Source of the DNA: Sphaeroforma arctica JP610
Lineage: Eukaryota
Assembly: GCF_001186125.1 (NCBI RefSeq)
Contig: NW_014040342.1
Span: forward strand, 72,962 to 112,269
Direction of reading: 5' to 3'
Length of the DNA stretch: 39,308 nt
In this document: one piece after another, positions 37,101-39,308 of the stretch
Numbering within the stretch: the stretch's first letter is position 1
How the letters are laid out: each line of letters starts with the position of its first letter
The notes under the pieces: model-generated
The model's input: only the letters and a program-made list of their open reading frames with translations
Told to the model about the DNA's origin: nothing
Databases searched by the model: none
Position numbers and translations under genes: made by a program

Positions 37101-37874
37101 GTACCAGTACTTCTTGTTCTTAGTGGCAGGGTAGTAGCCCGAAACGGAGTTCACATTGTCACACATGCCCTCAGGAACAACATTGTCCTTATTCGCAGGG
37201 TTGGGGTGCTTCAGACTGTTGCGAAAGAAAAGTAACGAAAAAGCTGTCAGTCGAGTATAATACTGCAGCAGTGAAAACAACTACGTCCAATACAATTACG
37301 GCGACTGTGTCCGTGTCAATAACTGTGAGAAAATCCGGTAGAGATTTTGTGCACGAGCTAGAAAACCAGCATGACACCCCTAAACCGAATGAGCTTTGGT
37401 CGCTCGTATACGGAGCATTTTCTGATATCACTCTTCTTATATACACCAAAGCTATTCACTATTTGCGGTTGATTTGCAGATGGAAATAGAAAGTCATTGT
37501 TGTATTTCAGAGATATACACCCTAGTAACCATGCAGCTTGCAGTAAAAAATGTTTCAAATATGCAAAAATTCTAGTAAATCGCCGGGGGTTATATATTGA
37601 CCCTTATAAAAAAATGCAAACCTCGTTAAGCCACAATTAGAATTATGGGCAAACGACCATCTGTATTCAGAATAGTATATTCATTTATATATGCAGAGCG
37701 AACAAACAGAACAACATACCCAAAGACTGTAGACTTCTCTTCATTCCATGACATATAGTTCATCACGGCCTCAAATGAGTTGCCGAGAAATCCGTGCCAT
37801 AGCCCTTCGGTTGTGTGCATACCCTCGACTGACGAGCCAATCAAGGCCGTCATTGCTACCACAGATAACTTCAT
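34108..37874 (-). CDS. Serine carboxypeptidase, peptidase family S10 (carboxypeptidase Y / serine carboxypeptidase-like), secretory, 478 aa
   Basis: Ten phase-consistent exons: 37874-37720, 37215-37043, 36497-36351, 35818-35689, 35549-35294, 35172-35064, 34976-34945, 34839-34588, 34476-34370, 34183-34108 (1437 nt incl. TAA). Signal-peptide-like [18 protein letters not shown]. Motifs [44 protein letters not shown], catalytic Ser [17 protein letters not shown], Asp in [11 protein letters not shown] and His in SGHMVP. Confidence 0.95.
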
Positions 37875-38840
37875 ACTGCTTGCAATACTATATGATAAAG
37901 TACAACAATCTATGTATGTAGTACTGAATGTGCTTTGGACTTTGTGCGTGAAGTCGATTTATCTTTTTACAAAAGTGAACGGTCACGGACCAGAGATGGG
38001 GCTGGAACCAGCTGGCCACCCACGCCGTCACGCGAAAGCTGAGTCTGAGTTTGAGACTCTGAGACGGTTTTAAAAAAAACCCCCTTTTTAAAAAAAGAAC
38101 AGTGCTCATCGCTCGCGACGTTGTGTAATTCACGTGCGAAGATCGGGTCCGATTATGCGAGTATCATTTTGCCGGTTTTGCCGTGGTGAGTCATTGATGA
38201 GTCATAAATGAGTTGTTGATGAATTATTTATAGCTCATTATGCTATCAAATAAACTAAAATGTATTTTTTATTTGTTGGGGATATTTTTTAAATAACAAA
38301 ACAAAAACAACGAAGTATTTTACAACGCAGATGCCAGTCATGCCACTGTGCCAGATATAATAGCCACATTACGATTGTTCTCTACTACTACTACTAGAGC
38401 GTATGTAGTAGTAGACGAAAAAATTTAATAGTTTGTTGTTGACTGTTGGCGTAGCAGAGCGAGTCATTTATTAAATACAGTTTATACTACGTACTACATT
38501 AGTACATAGAGACATATTTTTAAAAATTGACATAACACAAGAGATGAAGGTAATCAAGTCATGAAGAGCTGGATGAAGAGAAAAAATAAGTATGTAAATA
38601 GACCCTCTCTCTCTGTCTGTCTGTCTCTCTCGCTCTCTTTCGCGCTGTGCACAGTGTGCAGACTGCAGCGAGAGTTCTTCAGATTCTCCTTGGATCTAGA
38701 AGGGCATTGGGCTACGGTTTTTTATTCAAAATGTTCAATTTAAGAGGCTGTGTAAAATTCATGAAAAAAAAAATCTCGTTATAATTGTTTTAAAACTCGT
38801 TGACAGTTGTGAGTTCATTGAGTGTGTGGCTACTGGCTAG

Positions 38841-38955
38841 TCTCCACTCTCCACTCTCCACTCTCCACTGTCTCCACTCGCCACTCGCCACTCTCCACTG
38901 ACCACTCTCCAGTCTTCAGTCTCCACTCTCCACTCTCCAGTTCTCCACTCTCCAT
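38841..38955. repeat. Degenerate heptamer repeat (CTCCACT)n
   Basis: CTCCACT CTCCACT CTCCACT ... with CTCGCCA and CTCCAGT variants. Confidence 0.85.
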
Positions 38956-39308
38956 TTTAGAAACAGATGAACAGAATGGACAGATCTCTGTTCACAACTA
39001 CACATATTTTACCGTTTCAATAAATCTCATCCACGTGGTCAAACTTTTTTTGGAAAAAAATAATTCAGATATGGGTTGTGTGAATGTCAACATATGTACA
39101 TGCAAATATGAAATATCTATCTATTTATCTTCTTTTCGTGGTCACATACTTTGTGAATACCCCTGTCCACTCTCTCACAAACACACACACACATAGACAC
39201 ACACACATAGACACACACACCCACTCTATCTCTCTCTCTAGAGAATGCACAACTTAAAACTTTCCATACTCTCACTTTCCAATATCTTTGCGACTCTTCG
39301 TGTGCACT

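Noticed and set aside
37189..37558. Possible extra carboxypeptidase propeptide exon in intron 1
   Set aside because: Exon 1 (phase 2 at 37720) joins 37215 in frame, and no convincing exon was found in between.
1..39308. Transposon, rRNA, tRNA or prokaryotic defence/operon-type system
   Set aside because: No transposase/RT motifs, TIR/LTR pairs, or RNA-gene signatures were recognised by eye. The window is eukaryotic. A tRNAscan/Rfam/RepeatModeler run would be needed to exclude small elements.

Overview
Intron-rich eukaryotic genomic DNA from a draft assembly with three N gaps. The repeat-laden introns suggest a unicellular eukaryote, possibly a unicellular holozoan, but the taxon cannot be established from this window. 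Three coding units are present. (1) A + strand Nup98-Nup96 nucleoporin precursor gene (~1185/1279..28717) that I could splice into 35 phase-consistent GT-AG exons plus a tentative first exon, about 2,260 aa. It has FG/GLFG repeats, a GLEBS motif, the autoproteolytic HF|SRYGL site and the Nup96 helical region. (2) An unassigned intronless 279-aa ORF on the - strand (30161..31000). (3) A complete 10-exon serine carboxypeptidase (peptidase S10, carboxypeptidase Y-like; 34108..37874, - strand, 478 aa). The most unusual observations are: many Nup98-96 introns carry degenerate 'echo' copies of the neighbouring exon end or splice junction, sometimes with the GT/AG disabled; a Cys4 zinc-finger-like exon sits within Nup96; and the DNA upstream of both - strand genes is made of shifting ~7-nt stutter duplications. 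No prokaryotic-type system, CRISPR array, RNA gene or recognisable transposon was found.
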